Positions 19,824-30,459 of a DNA stretch of 64,000 nt are shown here, one piece after another. A program made the translations under genes and the position numbers. The stretch is taken from assembly GCA_937898635.1 (NCBI GenBank), contig CALEJW010000045.1, positions 890-64,889 on the forward strand. Reading direction: 5' to 3'. Positions within the stretch are counted from its first letter, which is position 1. Each line of letters opens with the position of its first letter. Under the pieces are notes generated by a model that was given only the letters and a program-made list of their open reading frames with translations, was not told where the DNA came from and did not search any database. The DNA comes from an uncultured Pseudomonadota bacterium (lineage in GTDB: Bacteria; Pseudomonadota; Gammaproteobacteria; Burkholderiales; Usitatibacteraceae).

Positions 19824-19880
19824 GCGCACGAGTGCCGCGCCCGCGGGGGCCCGACGCAGGAGCGCCGGCGGGGCCGGGAG

Positions 19881-19957
19881 CCAGTCTTAGGGAGTGGTAG
19901 TTCAGTTGGTTAGAATACCGGCCTGTCACGCCGGGGGTCGCGGGTTCGAGTCCCGTC
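19881..19957 (+). tRNA. tRNA-Asp (anticodon GTC)
   Basis: Acceptor stem GGAGTGG/CCACTCC. Anticodon loop CTGTCAC. GGTTCGAGTCC T-arm. Encoded CCA. Confidence 0.93.
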
Positions 19958-19965
19958 CACTCCGC

Positions 19966-19997
19966 CAGTCCACCAGGGCGAACCCGTGCGGGTTCGC
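19966..19997 (+). terminator. rho-independent terminator after the tRNA pair
   Basis: Perfect 10-bp stem GGGCGAACCC / GGGTTCGCCC with loop GTGC, followed by TTTTCGCTT. Confidence 0.75.
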
Positions 19998-20046
19998 CCT
20001 TTTCGCTTGACCGCCCGTTTTCCAGGGCCCCGAGGCCAAGGTCGCC

Positions 20047-21954
20047 ATGCTCGCCCAGATCCGATCGCTAGCGCAGTACAAGATCGTCAAGTTCCTCTTC
20101 GCGATCTTCCTCATCATTCCCTTCGGTCTCTTCGGCATCGACTACTACTTCCGCACGCCCCTGGGGGGAGACACGATCGCGACGGTGGGCGAGCTCCGCG
20201 TGAGCCAGGGCGACTTCGACCAGGCGTTGCGCACGCAGCAGGAGACGCTCCAGGCCCAGTTCGGGCGCAACTTCGACGCCTCGATCATGGAGAACCCGGA
20301 GCTTCGCCGCTCCGTACTCGAGCGCGTGGTGAACGAGCGGCTCATCGCCCTGGGCGCGGCGCGCGCCGGGGTGAAGATCGGCGACGCGACGCTCGCCGAT
20401 CGCATCGCGGGCGAGCCCGCCTTCCAGGACGACGGGAAGTTCTCCCGGGAGCGCTACGAGGCGATCGCGCGCTCCCAGGGCTTCAGCGTCGTGGGGCTCG
20501 ACGAGCGGATCCGCGAGGACATGCGGCTCGCCCGCTACCGCGACGCGATCGTGCAGACGGCCTTCGTGCCGCGCACGACGCTCGACGGCTTCATCCGGCT
20601 CTCGGAACAGAGCCGCGAAGTGAGCGTGGTCACCGTCGGCCCCGAGGGCTTCGCCGCGGAGGTGAAGCCCACCGAGGCGCAGCTCAAGGCCTACTACGAC
20701 GCCCACGCGCGCGACTACGCCGTGCCCGAGCAGGTCCGCGTGGAGTACGTGGAACTCTCCCTGGATGCCCTCGCGGCGAAAACGCCCGTCGATCCCGAGG
20801 ACGTGCGCAAGTTCTACGAGTCCAGCAAGTCGCGCTTCGTGCAGCGCGAGGAGCGCCGCGCGAGCCACATCCTGATCAGCGTGAAGCCCGACGCGGGCGA
20901 GGCGGAGCGCAAGGCCGCCGAGGCCAGGGCGAGCGCGCTCGCCGCGCAGCTGCGCAAGGCGCCGGCCGGATTCGCCGAGGCGGCGAAGAAGAACTCCCAG
21001 GACCCCGGTTCGGCGGTGCAGGGCGGCGACCTCGGCTTCTTCGCGCGCGGCGCGATGGTGAAGCCCTTCGAGGAAGCCGCGTTCGCGGCGAAGAAGGACG
21101 AGATCGTGGGCCCGGTGCTCTCCGACTTCGGCTACCACGTGATCCGGGTGACGGAGGTGAAGCCGGAGAAGGGCAAGAGCCTCGCGGAGGCCGCGCCCGA
21201 GATCGAGGCCGAGCTCAAGAAGGGCGCGGCGGCCCGCCGCTTCGCGGAGGTGGCCGAGGGGCTCACGAACATCGTCTACGAGCAGTCCACGAGCCTCAAG
21301 CCCGCCGCGGACACCTTCAAGCTCCCGCTCCAGCAGTCGGGCTGGTTCGGCCGGACCGGCGGCGCGCCCCCGCTGCTGGCCAACCCGAAGCTGATCGCGG
21401 AAATCTTTTCCGACAACACGATCAAGGCGAAGCGCAACACCGCCGCGATCGAGGTCGCCCCGAGCGTGCTCGTCGCCGCCCGCGTGCTCGAGCACAAGCC
21501 GGCCGACCAGCGCCCGTTCGAGTCGGTGCGCGCCCAGATCGAGCAGCGCTACAAGCGCGAGGAGGCCATGAAGCTCGCCACCGCCGACGGCGAGGCGAAG
21601 CTCAAGGCCGCCCGGGAGGGCAAGGACGGCGGCCTCAAGTGGCCCGCACCCCTCGCCGTGAGCCGCCAGAAGCCGGGCGGGCTCGCGCCGCAGGTCCTCG
21701 ACCGCGTCTTCCGCGCGGACGCGAAGAAGCTTCCCGCGGTCGTGGGCGTGGCCACGCCCCTGGGCTATTCGCTGGTGAAGATCACCAAGGTGATCGAGGT
21801 CGAGGCGATCGACGAGGACAAGCGGAAGGGCCTCGCCGAGCAGTTGCGCCAGACCGTGGCGATGAGCGAGCTCGAGTCCGTCCTGAAGGGCCTGAAGCAA
21901 CGGATCGGGGTCGAGGTGCGCACGGACGCCCTGCAGAAGAAGGCCGGCTCCTAG
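20047..21954 (+). CDS. ppiD: periplasmic chaperone / peptidyl-prolyl isomerase PpiD
   Basis: N-terminal membrane anchor ([17 protein letters not shown]), a parvulin domain ([21 protein letters not shown]...[10 protein letters not shown]) and position after hupB. Confidence 0.9.
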   Translation: MLAQIRSLAQYKIVKFLFAIFLIIPFGLFGIDYYFRTPLGGDTIATVGELRVSQGDFDQALRTQQETLQAQFGRNFDASIMENPELRRSVLERVVNERLIALGAARAGVKIGDATLADRIAGEPAFQDDGKFSRERYEAIARSQGFSVVGLDERIREDMRLARYRDAIVQTAFVPRTTLDGFIRLSEQSREVSVVTVGPEGFAAEVKPTEAQLKAYYDAHARDYAVPEQVRVEYVELSLDALAAKTPVDPEDVRKFYESSKSRFVQREERRASHILISVKPDAGEAERKAAEARASALAAQLRKAPAGFAEAAKKNSQDPGSAVQGGDLGFFARGAMVKPFEEAAFAAKKDEIVGPVLSDFGYHVIRVTEVKPEKGKSLAEAAPEIEAELKKGAAARRFAEVAEGLTNIVYEQSTSLKPAADTFKLPLQQSGWFGRTGGAPPLLANPKLIAEIFSDNTIKAKRNTAAIEVAPSVLVAARVLEHKPADQRPFESVRAQIEQRYKREEAMKLATADGEAKLKAAREGKDGGLKWPAPLAVSRQKPGGLAPQVLDRVFRADAKKLPAVVGVATPLGYSLVKITKVIEVEAIDEDKRKGLAEQLRQTVAMSELESVLKGLKQRIGVEVRTDALQKKAGS

Positions 21955-21969
21955 CGCGCGGCCCGGCGG

Positions 21970-22758
21970 CTACTCCTCCGCGAGGCCCGCCGTGGTGGTG
22001 CTGAACCCCGCGTCCACGTGGGTCACCTCGCCCGTGATGCCGCTCGAGAGGTCGGAGAGCAGGAAGGCCGCGACGTTGCCCACCTCGTCGGCGGTCACGT
22101 TGCGGCGCAGCGGCGCGTTCCTCTCGACGAAGCGGAAGATCTTGCCGAAGTCGCCGATGCCCGCGGCCGCGAGGGTCTTGATCGGGCCCGCCGAGATCGC
22201 GTTCACGCGGATCCCCTGGGGACCCAGTCCCGCCGCGAGGTAGCGCACGCAGGCCTCCAGGCTCGCCTTCGCGAGCCCCATCACGTTGTAGCGCGGGATC
22301 GAGCGCACGGAGCCGAGGTAGGTGAGGGTGACGATCGACCCGGCGCGGCCCTTCATGAGCGGGGCGCCAGCCTTGGCGAGCGCGGCGAGGCTGTAGCTCG
22401 AGATGTCGTGGGCGATGCGGAAGGCCTCGCGCGTGACGCTCTCGTGGAACTCGCCCTTGAGCGCCTCGCGGGGCGCGAACGCGATGGCGTGGACGATGCC
22501 GTCGAGCCCGTCCCAGTGCCGCGCGAGGCCCGCGAAGAGGGCCTCGATCTGTGCGTCGTCGGCCACGTCGCAGGCAAAGAGGGGCGGTGCGCCGAATTCC
22601 CCGGCGAGCTCGGCCACCCGCTCGCGGATGCCCTCGCCCTGGTAGGTGAAGGCGAGTTCCGCCCCCTCGCGGAAGAGCGCCTTCGCGACGCCGTAGGCGA
22701 TGGACCGGTTGGAGAGCATCCCGGTGACGAGAACGCGCTTTCCCTGCATGAACCCCAT
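21970..22758 (-). CDS. fabI: enoyl-ACP reductase (NADH), FabI
   Basis: [39 protein letters not shown] (Y-x6-K) and [15 protein letters not shown]. Confidence 0.95.
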   Translation of the reverse strand: MGFMQGKRVLVTGMLSNRSIAYGVAKALFREGAELAFTYQGEGIRERVAELAGEFGAPPLFACDVADDAQIEALFAGLARHWDGLDGIVHAIAFAPREALKGEFHESVTREAFRIAHDISSYSLAALAKAGAPLMKGRAGSIVTLTYLGSVRSIPRYNVMGLAKASLEACVRYLAAGLGPQGIRVNAISAGPIKTLAAAGIGDFGKIFRFVERNAPLRRNVTADEVGNVAAFLLSDLSSGITGEVTHVDAGFSTTTAGLAEE

Positions 22759-22780
22759 TGCGGGCGTCCTTTCCCAGTAG

Positions 22781-22793
22781 AATTGCGGCAATT
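22781..22793. promoter_or_regulatory. 13-bp palindrome in the fabI / ABC-operon divergent intergenic region
   Basis: AATTGC-G-GCAATT is a perfect inverted repeat in an otherwise GC-rich spacer. No cognate regulator is identifiable. Confidence 0.3.
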
Positions 22794-22871
22794 TTCGGCG
22801 GCGAACGGGGTCGAATTCTATCGCATTCCCGGCCCGGCTCCCCGCCGCCGCCCCACGGAGGTCCGAATTCC

Positions 22872-24689
22872 ATGAAGCCCGCGAGCCTCGTCGCCCCGTT
22901 CCTCGCCGCCCTGGCCATCGCCGCGCCCGCCGCCGCGGAGCAGACCGCCAGGGTCTTCCGCTACGCGTTCGAGGTGGCCGAGACGGGCTTCGACCCGGCC
23001 GAGATCTCGGACCTCTACTCCTCGAACGTGATCGCGAACATCTTCGACCCGCCGCTCGCCTACGACTACCTGGCGAGGCCGATCAAGCTCGTCCCGAACA
23101 CGCTCGTCGCGATGCCCGAGGTGACCGAGAACGGGACGCTCTACACGATGCGCGTGAAGCCCGGCATCTACTTCGCCGACGATCCGGCCTTCAAGGGCGC
23201 GAAGCGCGAGCTCACGGCCCAGGACTACGTGTACTCGATCAAGCGCCTCTTCGACCCGAAGAAGCGCTCGCCCAACCTGTACCTCCTCGAGGGCCAGATC
23301 GTGGGCATGGACGAGGTGCTCGCCGACGCGCGCCGCAACAACCGCATGGACTACGCCGCCGTGGCCGAGGGCCTGCGCGCGCTCGACCGCTACACCTTCC
23401 AGATCCGCCTCAAGCAGCCCAACTACAACTTCCTCTACTACCTCGCCTACTGCAACCTCACCTGCGCGGTGGCCCGCGAGGTCGCCGAGGAATACGGCGA
23501 GCGCACCGCCGAGCACCCGGTGGGCACGGGGCCCTTCCGGCTCGCGTTCTGGAAGCGCTCCTCGAAGATGGTGTTCGAGGCCAACCCGAACTTCCGCGAG
23601 GAGCGCTACGACGGCGAGCCCGCGCCCGGCGACGAGTCCGCGCGGGCGATCCTCGCGAAGCTCAAGGGCAAGCGCCTGCCGATGGTCGACCGCGTGGAGG
23701 TGTACGTGATCGAGGAGCCCCAGCCGCGCTGGCTCGCGTTCCTCAACAACGAGCTCGACTTCATCGAGCGCCTGCCCAACGAGTTCGCGAACGTCGCCAC
23801 GCCCAACAACGAGCTTTCCGCGAACCTGCGCCGGCGCGGCATCCGGATGGAGCGAACGCCCGGCATCGAGCTCACCTACTCCTACTTCGGCATGAAGGAT
23901 CCCGTGGTCGGCGGCTACGAGCCGGAAAAGGTGGCGCTGCGCCGCGCGATCGTGCTGGGCCAGGACGTGGGCGCCGAGATCCGCATCGCCCGCAAGAACC
24001 AGGCGATCCCCGCGCAGAGCCCCATCGGCCCGGGGGCGCTCGGCTACGACCCGGACTTCCGCTCGACCGCGACCGAGTACAACCCCGCCAAGTCCAAGGC
24101 GCTGCTGGACATGTACGGCTACCTCGACTGCGACGGCGACGGCTGGCGCGACCTGCCGCGCAAGGCCCCCGCGGAGCCGTGCCGGCCCTTCACGCTGGAG
24201 TACGCCTCCGCGCCCGGCGCCCAGCAGAAGCCGCTCGACGAGAACTGGAAGAAGAACATGGATGCGATCGGCATCAACATGGGCTTCAAGAAGGCCAAGT
24301 GGCCGGACCTCCTCAAGGAATCGAAGGCGGGGCGCCTGCAGATGTGGGGCGTGGGCTGGAGCGCCGCCGTCCCCGACGCCGACTCCTTCTTCGTGCTGCT
24401 CTACGGGCCCAACGCGGGGCAGGCGAACCACTCGCGCTTCGACCTGCCGGAGTTCAACCGCCTCTACGAGCAGGCCCGGCGCCTGCCCCACGGGCCGGAG
24501 CGCGACGCGCTCTACCGCGAGATGAACCGGCTTTTCCTCGTGTACTCGCCGTGGCGGCTGGGCGTGCACCGCATCTACACGGACCTTTCCCAGCCCTGGA
24601 CCGTGGGCTTCAAGCGCCACCCGGTGATGCGCGGCTTCTGGAAGTTCATCGACATCGACCCGGCCGTGCTCACCACGGCGAGCCGGTAG
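22872..24689 (+). CDS. ABC transporter substrate-binding protein, family 5 (YejA/DppA-like), paralogue 1
   Basis: Signal peptide, then [23 protein letters not shown]...[12 protein letters not shown]. About 605 aa. Confidence 0.9.
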   Translation: MKPASLVAPFLAALAIAAPAAAEQTARVFRYAFEVAETGFDPAEISDLYSSNVIANIFDPPLAYDYLARPIKLVPNTLVAMPEVTENGTLYTMRVKPGIYFADDPAFKGAKRELTAQDYVYSIKRLFDPKKRSPNLYLLEGQIVGMDEVLADARRNNRMDYAAVAEGLRALDRYTFQIRLKQPNYNFLYYLAYCNLTCAVAREVAEEYGERTAEHPVGTGPFRLAFWKRSSKMVFEANPNFREERYDGEPAPGDESARAILAKLKGKRLPMVDRVEVYVIEEPQPRWLAFLNNELDFIERLPNEFANVATPNNELSANLRRRGIRMERTPGIELTYSYFGMKDPVVGGYEPEKVALRRAIVLGQDVGAEIRIARKNQAIPAQSPIGPGALGYDPDFRSTATEYNPAKSKALLDMYGYLDCDGDGWRDLPRKAPAEPCRPFTLEYASAPGAQQKPLDENWKKNMDAIGINMGFKKAKWPDLLKESKAGRLQMWGVGWSAAVPDADSFFVLLYGPNAGQANHSRFDLPEFNRLYEQARRLPHGPERDALYREMNRLFLVYSPWRLGVHRIYTDLSQPWTVGFKRHPVMRGFWKFIDIDPAVLTTASR

Positions 24690-24694
24690 TCCCC

Positions 24695-26491
24695 GTGCCG
24701 AAGTCCTCGGCCCGGGCCCGGCTTGCCGCCGTCCTGGCGACGGCCGTCCTCGCCGCGTCCGCCGCGGCCGCGCCCCTGAAGGTACTGCGCGTTCCCTTCG
24801 TGATCGCGGAGACCAACTTCGATCCGGCCTTCGTCTCCGACACCTACTCGACCACGGTGCTCGACGAGATCTTCGAGCCGCCCCTCACCTACGACATGCT
24901 CGCGCGGCCCTACAAGCTCAAGCCCCAGACGGCCGAGGCGATGCCCGAGGTGACCGAGGCAGGCCGCGTGTACACGGTGAGGCTCAAGCGGGGAATCCAC
25001 TTCGCCGACGACCCGGCCTTCGGGGGCGCGCGGCGCGAGCTCACGGCGAAGGACTACGAGTTCGCGATCAAGCGCCTGATCGACCCGGCCATCCGCTCGC
25101 CCAATGCCTGGCTGGTGGAGGGACGGATCGAGGGCATCGACGAGGCGGCCGCCGCGGCGAAGAAAGCGGGGCGGCTCGACTACGACCTGCCGATCCGCGG
25201 CGTGGAGACGCCGGACCGGTACACGCTTCGCATCCGGCTCGCCAAGCCCGACTACAACTTCGTCTACATCCTCGCCATGGCCACGCTCGGCGCGCAGGCG
25301 AGGGAGGTGGTCGAGCGCTACGGCGCGGACATCGGCGCGCACCCCGTGGGCACCGGGCCCTACCTGCTCAAGGAGTGGAAGCGCTCCTCGAAGATCGTGC
25401 TCGAGAGAAACCCCGGCTTCCGGGAGGTGTACTACGAGGCCGAGCCGCCGCCCGATGATCCGGTGTCCCAGCGCCTCTATCGCGAGATGAAGGGCAAGCG
25501 CATCCCCCAGATCGACCGCGTGGAGATCGCCGTGATCGAGGAGTCGCAGCCGCGCTGGCTCGCCTTTCTCAACGGAGAACTCGACTGGGTGAACCTCCCC
25601 TACGAGTTCAAGAGCATGGCGCTGCCCGGGGACCGGCCCGCGCCCTGGCTCGCGAAGAAGGGCGTGAAGTACATCCCCGGCATCGACATCGACGTGACCT
25701 ACATGTACTGGAACATGAAGGACCCGGTGTGGGGGGGCTACACGCCGGAGAAGGTCGCGCTGCGCCGCGCCATGGGCCTCGCCTACGACATGGACGCGGA
25801 GATCTTCCTCGTGCGCAACGGCACCGCGATCGAGGCGCAGTCGCCCCTGCCGCCGGGCGTCCTCGGGTACGACCCGCAGTTCCACCTGGGGCCGTCCTAC
25901 GACCCGGCGCGCGCGAAAGCGCTGCTCGACATGTTCGACTACCTCGACCGCGATGGCGACGGCTGGCGCGAGCAACCCGACGGCAAGCCCCTCGTCTTCA
26001 CCTACGCGACGGGCCCCACCCAGCTCGAGCGGCTCTTCACGCAGCTCTGGAAGAAGAACATCGAGGCGATCGGCATCCGCGTCGAGGTGATGGTCGAGAA
26101 GTGGCCCGACCTGCGCAAGAAGTCCAAGCTCGGCAAGCTCTCCAACTGGCACCTCGCGTGGAGCTACGACTACCCGGACGCGGAGAACGGCCTGCAGCTC
26201 CTCTACGGGCCCAACTGCGGCTCGTCCAACGACGGCTGCTTCCAGCTCGAGGCCTACGACCGGCTCTACGAGAAGGCCGCGGCCCTGCCGCCGGGGCCCG
26301 AGCGCACGGCGATCTACGGCGAGATGGTCCGCCTGGTCGCGGTCTACGCGCCCTGGAAGTCCTTCGTCCACCGCAAGCGCGACCAGATGATCCAGCCCTG
26401 GGTGCTCGGCTGGCGCAAGCACAATTTCATCCACGACGCCTACCGCTACGCCGACATCGACCTCGAGGTCCGGGCGAGGTACCTGAAATGA
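24695..26491 (+). CDS. ABC transporter substrate-binding protein, family 5, paralogue 2
   Basis: GTG start 5 nt after paralogue 1. Signal peptide. VLRVPFVIAETNFDPAFVSDTYS...EPPLTYDMLARP is collinear with paralogue 1. Confidence 0.88.
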   Translation: MPKSSARARLAAVLATAVLAASAAAAPLKVLRVPFVIAETNFDPAFVSDTYSTTVLDEIFEPPLTYDMLARPYKLKPQTAEAMPEVTEAGRVYTVRLKRGIHFADDPAFGGARRELTAKDYEFAIKRLIDPAIRSPNAWLVEGRIEGIDEAAAAAKKAGRLDYDLPIRGVETPDRYTLRIRLAKPDYNFVYILAMATLGAQAREVVERYGADIGAHPVGTGPYLLKEWKRSSKIVLERNPGFREVYYEAEPPPDDPVSQRLYREMKGKRIPQIDRVEIAVIEESQPRWLAFLNGELDWVNLPYEFKSMALPGDRPAPWLAKKGVKYIPGIDIDVTYMYWNMKDPVWGGYTPEKVALRRAMGLAYDMDAEIFLVRNGTAIEAQSPLPPGVLGYDPQFHLGPSYDPARAKALLDMFDYLDRDGDGWREQPDGKPLVFTYATGPTQLERLFTQLWKKNIEAIGIRVEVMVEKWPDLRKKSKLGKLSNWHLAWSYDYPDAENGLQLLYGPNCGSSNDGCFQLEAYDRLYEKAAALPPGPERTAIYGEMVRLVAVYAPWKSFVHRKRDQMIQPWVLGWRKHNFIHDAYRYADIDLEVRARYLK

Positions 26492-26537
26492 GCGCCCGGA
26501 CCGGGGCGGCGGCGGCCATACCCCCTGGCGACAACGC

Positions 26538-26543
26538 TATAAT
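26538..26543 (+). promoter_or_regulatory. possible internal -10 box ahead of paralogue 3
   Basis: Consensus TATAAT in the 82-nt gap, 30 nt before the TTG start. No convincing -35. Confidence 0.3.
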
Positions 26544-26573
26544 TCGCGATTTGCCCGATTCCGGAGCGCCTGC

Positions 26574-28385
26574 TTGAAGCGACCCCTCGCCCGCCTCGCC
26601 GCCATCCTCGCCTGCGCGCTCGTCGCCGCCGGCCCGGCCGGCGCGGCGGTGGAGCGCAAGGTCCTTCGCATGGCCTTCCGCACCGCCGAGACGGGCTTCG
26701 ATCCGCAGCGCATCTTCGACCGCTACTCGGTGGGGATCTGCGAGAACCTCTTCGAGCCGCTGCTCACCTACGACTACCTCGCCCGGCCGGTGAGGCTCGT
26801 GCCGCTCACGGCCGAGGCGATCCCCGTTCCGGAGGAGGGCGGCACGCGCTACACCTTCCGCATCCGCCCCGGCATCCTCTTCGCGGACGACCCGGCGTTC
26901 AAGGGGCGCAAGCGCGAGCTGGTCGCGCGCGACATCGAGTACTCGATCAAGCGCTTCCGCGACCCGAAGTACGCGAGCCCCTACGAGTGGCTCTTCGAGA
27001 ACAAGATCGTCGGGCTGGACGCCCTCGCGGAGTCGGCGAAGAAGAACGGCGGGCGCCTCGACTACGACGCGAAGGTCCCGGGCCTGGAGGTCCGCGACGA
27101 CTACACCATCAGCTTCAAGCTGACGGAGCCCGACTTCAACTTCCTCTACGTGCTCGCGATGCCCAACGTGGTCCCCGTGGCGCGGGAGGTGATCGAGGCC
27201 TACGGCGACGACACCATGGCGCACCCCGTCGGCACCGGGCCTTTCATCCTGAAGGACTGGGTGCGCCGCTCGAAGATCGTGCTCGAGCGCAACCCCAACC
27301 ACCGCGGCTACGAGCTCGACACGAGCCACGCGGACCCCGCCGACGAATGGGACCGGCGCGCGATCGACGCCCTGCGCGGCAAGCGCCTGCCGCTGCTCGA
27401 CCGCGTGGAGGTCTACCCCATCGAGGAGGAGCAGCCGCGCTTCCTCGCCTTCATCAACCGCGAGCACGACCTCCTGGACGAGACGCCCTTCGAGTTCATC
27501 GACCAGGTGCTGCCCAACGGCCGGCTCGCCCCGAACCTCGCGAGGCTCGGCGTGATGGTGTTCCGGGAGGAGCAGCCCGAGATCACCTACGACGTCTTCA
27601 ACATCGACGACCCCGTGGTGGGCGGCTACACCCCGGAGCGGGTCGCCCTGCGCCGCGCGATGGTCCTCGCCCACGACCGCGACCAGGAGATCGGGATCGT
27701 GAGGAAGGGCCAGGCGCTCCCCGCCCAGAGCCCGGTGCCGCCGGGGATCGTCGGCTTCGACAGCGCCTTCCGCGCGACCCAGCAGGACGTCGACCCGGCG
27801 CGCGCCAAGGCGCTGCTCGACATGTTCGGCTACACGGACCGCAACGGCGACGGCTGGCGGGAGCGCCCCGACGGCCGGCCGCTCGCGATCGACTACAAGT
27901 ACAACGCCGGCAACCAGTCGAACCGCCAGCTCGCCGAGCTGTGGTCCAAGTCGATGGCCGCGATCGGCATCCGGATCGAGGCGCAGGCGGTGCAGTTCGC
28001 CGACCTCCTGAACGACAAGCGGGTGGGCAAGTTCCAGATGGCGGGCTCGGCGTGGATCGCGGACTACCCGGACGCGCAGAACTTCCTGCAGCTGCTCTAC
28101 GGGCCCAACACCGGCCAGTCGAACGAGGCCCGCTTCAGGCTGGCGGAGTTCGACCGGCTCTACCGGCGCTCCCAGGCCGTGCCCGACAGCCCCGAGCGCA
28201 ACGCCATCTACCGGGAGATGAACCGCCTCATCCTCGCCTACGCGCCCTGGCGCCTGGGCGTGCACCGGATCTTCAACCACCTGCAATACCCCTGGGTGAA
28301 GGGCTACAAGAAGCACCCGATCCTCTACACGAACTTCAAGTACCTCGACCTGGACGTCGCCGCCCGCGCGGCGGCGGCCCGGTAG
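26574..28385 (+). CDS. ABC transporter substrate-binding protein, family 5, paralogue 3
   Basis: TTG start. Signal peptide. VLRMAFRTAETGFDPQRIFDRYS...EPLLTYDYLARP. 603 aa. Confidence 0.88.
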   Translation: MKRPLARLAAILACALVAAGPAGAAVERKVLRMAFRTAETGFDPQRIFDRYSVGICENLFEPLLTYDYLARPVRLVPLTAEAIPVPEEGGTRYTFRIRPGILFADDPAFKGRKRELVARDIEYSIKRFRDPKYASPYEWLFENKIVGLDALAESAKKNGGRLDYDAKVPGLEVRDDYTISFKLTEPDFNFLYVLAMPNVVPVAREVIEAYGDDTMAHPVGTGPFILKDWVRRSKIVLERNPNHRGYELDTSHADPADEWDRRAIDALRGKRLPLLDRVEVYPIEEEQPRFLAFINREHDLLDETPFEFIDQVLPNGRLAPNLARLGVMVFREEQPEITYDVFNIDDPVVGGYTPERVALRRAMVLAHDRDQEIGIVRKGQALPAQSPVPPGIVGFDSAFRATQQDVDPARAKALLDMFGYTDRNGDGWRERPDGRPLAIDYKYNAGNQSNRQLAELWSKSMAAIGIRIEAQAVQFADLLNDKRVGKFQMAGSAWIADYPDAQNFLQLLYGPNTGQSNEARFRLAEFDRLYRRSQAVPDSPERNAIYREMNRLILAYAPWRLGVHRIFNHLQYPWVKGYKKHPILYTNFKYLDLDVAARAAAAR

Positions 28386-28443
28386 CCTCCCCGGAGCCGC
28401 GCGGCGCGGCCGACCGGACCACGAAGCTGGAAGGAGAAGAAGC

Positions 28444-29382
28444 GTGACCGCCTACGTAATCCGACGAATGTGGCAGATGATCCCGACGCTCGCTGGCGTG
28501 ATCCTGCTCATCTTCTTCCTGTTCAACTGGGTGGGGGGCGACCCCGCGCAGGTTCTCGCCGGGAAGATCTCCAACCCCGAGCAGATCGCGAACATCCGGA
28601 AGCAATTGGGCGTCGACCAGCCCTACTGGTACCAGCTCTGGGTGTTCGTGCAGCAGGTCTTCACCTTCGACTTCGGGCGCAGCTGGTCCACCAACGAGGA
28701 GGTCTCGCGCATCCTCCTCACGCGGGTCGGGCCCACGCTCACCATCATGGTGCCGGTGCTCCTGATCGAGACCACGCTCGCGGTGGTCTTCGCGATCATG
28801 GTGGCCTATGTGCGCGGCAGCCTCACCGACCGCACGATCATGGTGATCTGCACCACCGCCATGTCCATCAGCTTTCTCGTCTACATCATCTTCGGGCAGT
28901 GGCTCTTCGGCTTCATCCTCGGCTGGTTCCCCGTGCAGGGCTGGAGCGAGAGCTACTGGCGCAACCTCACCAACTACGCGCCGCTGCCCATCATGCTGGC
29001 GATCTTCGTGGGCCTCGCCCCGCAGCTGCGGCTCTACCGCTCGTTCTTCCTCGAGGAGATCAACCAGGACTACGTGCGCACCGCGCGCGCCAAGGGCCTG
29101 CCGGAGAAGAAGGTGATGATGAAGCACGTGCTGAGGAACGCCCTCATCCCCATCCTCACGAACGTCGGCATCTACCTGCCCAGCGTCTTCGTCGGCTCCT
29201 TCCTCCTCGAGGTCTTCTTCTCGATCCCGGGGCTGGGGCGCGAGATCGTGACGGCGGTGAACCGCAGCGACTTCCCGGTGATCAAGGCGGTGACGGTCTA
29301 CCTCGCCGTGCTCACCATGTTCGTGAACCTGCTGGTCGACGTGATGTACAAGCTCGTCGACCCGCGCGTGTCCTTCAAGTGA
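28444..29382 (+). CDS. ABC transporter permease (DppB/YejB-like)
   Basis: VTAYVIRRMWQMIPTLAGVILLIFFLF N-terminus. EAA-loop region DYVRTARAKGLPEKKVMMKHVLRNALIP. Confidence 0.92.
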   Translation: MTAYVIRRMWQMIPTLAGVILLIFFLFNWVGGDPAQVLAGKISNPEQIANIRKQLGVDQPYWYQLWVFVQQVFTFDFGRSWSTNEEVSRILLTRVGPTLTIMVPVLLIETTLAVVFAIMVAYVRGSLTDRTIMVICTTAMSISFLVYIIFGQWLFGFILGWFPVQGWSESYWRNLTNYAPLPIMLAIFVGLAPQLRLYRSFFLEEINQDYVRTARAKGLPEKKVMMKHVLRNALIPILTNVGIYLPSVFVGSFLLEVFFSIPGLGREIVTAVNRSDFPVIKAVTVYLAVLTMFVNLLVDVMYKLVDPRVSFK

Positions 29383-29389
29383 GGCCCGC

Positions 29390-30442
29390 ATGAGCGCCGT
29401 TCTCCCCCGCAACGCCCCGCCCGTGATGCAGGAATCCCCGGGCCTGTGGATCCTCGCGTGGCGCCGCCTGCTGAACGACCGCGTGGGCGTCATCTGCCTC
29501 GCGGTGGTCGCCGCCTACCTCGCGATGATGCTCGCCTCCTTCACGGGGCTCGTCGCCGGCGACTGGAACAAGGAAAAGGGCGTCTCCTACGCCAACCCCG
29601 CCTTCCTCGCCGGGGCGGAGAACCTCGAGGCGAGGGAGGTCACCAACAAGGACGCGAGCACGCGGGCCAAGCCCGTCGATCTCTCGGACATCGACCCGCT
29701 CGCGCCGCGCTACAAGGAGTGGGAGGAGCGCGCGGCGAAGATCGCGGTGACCGAGACCCGCCGGTCCGAGACGCTCCCCTTCGGCGGCGACAAGTGGGGA
29801 CGCGACGTGCTGGCCAAGGCGGTCAAGGGCTCCGAGGTGTCGATCTTCGTGGGCCTCACCGCCGCGCTCTTCGCGACCCTCATCGGCACCGTGCTCGGCG
29901 CGATGGCGGGCTACTGGGGCGGGCGGGTGAACGACTTCCTGGAGTGGTTCTACAACATCTTCACCTCGATCCCCTACATCCTCCTCATCCTCGCCTTCGC
30001 GGCGGTGTTCAAGCGCGGCCTGGACACGATCATCGTGATCCTCGCCCTCACGGGCTGGACGGGCATCTACCGCCTGGTGCGCGCGGAGTACATCAAGCAC
30101 TGCGGCCGCGAGTACGTGAAGGCGGCGCAGGCGATCGGCGCCTCGCACCTGTCGCGCATGTTCATCCACATCCTGCCCAACGCGAGCCACGTGATCCTGG
30201 TGCAGCTCTCCCAGCACGTGGTGAGCTTCATCAAGGCGGAGGTGATCCTCTCCTTCCTGGGCCTGGGCGTGCCGGTGGACATGGTGTCCTGGGGAACGAT
30301 GCTCGCCGAGGCGCAGAACGAGCTCGTGATCGGCAAGTGGTGGCAGCTCTTCGCCGCGGGCGCGAGCATGGCGATCCTGGTGACCGCCTTCTCGATGCTC
30401 ACCGACAGCCTGCGCGACGCGCTGGATCCGAAGCTCAAGTGA
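29390..30442 (+). CDS. ABC transporter permease (DppC/YejE-like) with a long periplasmic N-terminal loop
   Basis: GGDKWGRDVLAKAV and EYVKAAQAIGASHLSRMFIHILPN motifs. 350 aa. Confidence 0.92.
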   Translation: MSAVLPRNAPPVMQESPGLWILAWRRLLNDRVGVICLAVVAAYLAMMLASFTGLVAGDWNKEKGVSYANPAFLAGAENLEAREVTNKDASTRAKPVDLSDIDPLAPRYKEWEERAAKIAVTETRRSETLPFGGDKWGRDVLAKAVKGSEVSIFVGLTAALFATLIGTVLGAMAGYWGGRVNDFLEWFYNIFTSIPYILLILAFAAVFKRGLDTIIVILALTGWTGIYRLVRAEYIKHCGREYVKAAQAIGASHLSRMFIHILPNASHVILVQLSQHVVSFIKAEVILSFLGLGVPVDMVSWGTMLAEAQNELVIGKWWQLFAAGASMAILVTAFSMLTDSLRDALDPKLK

Positions 30443-30459
30443 ACCCGGGGACGACGAGC

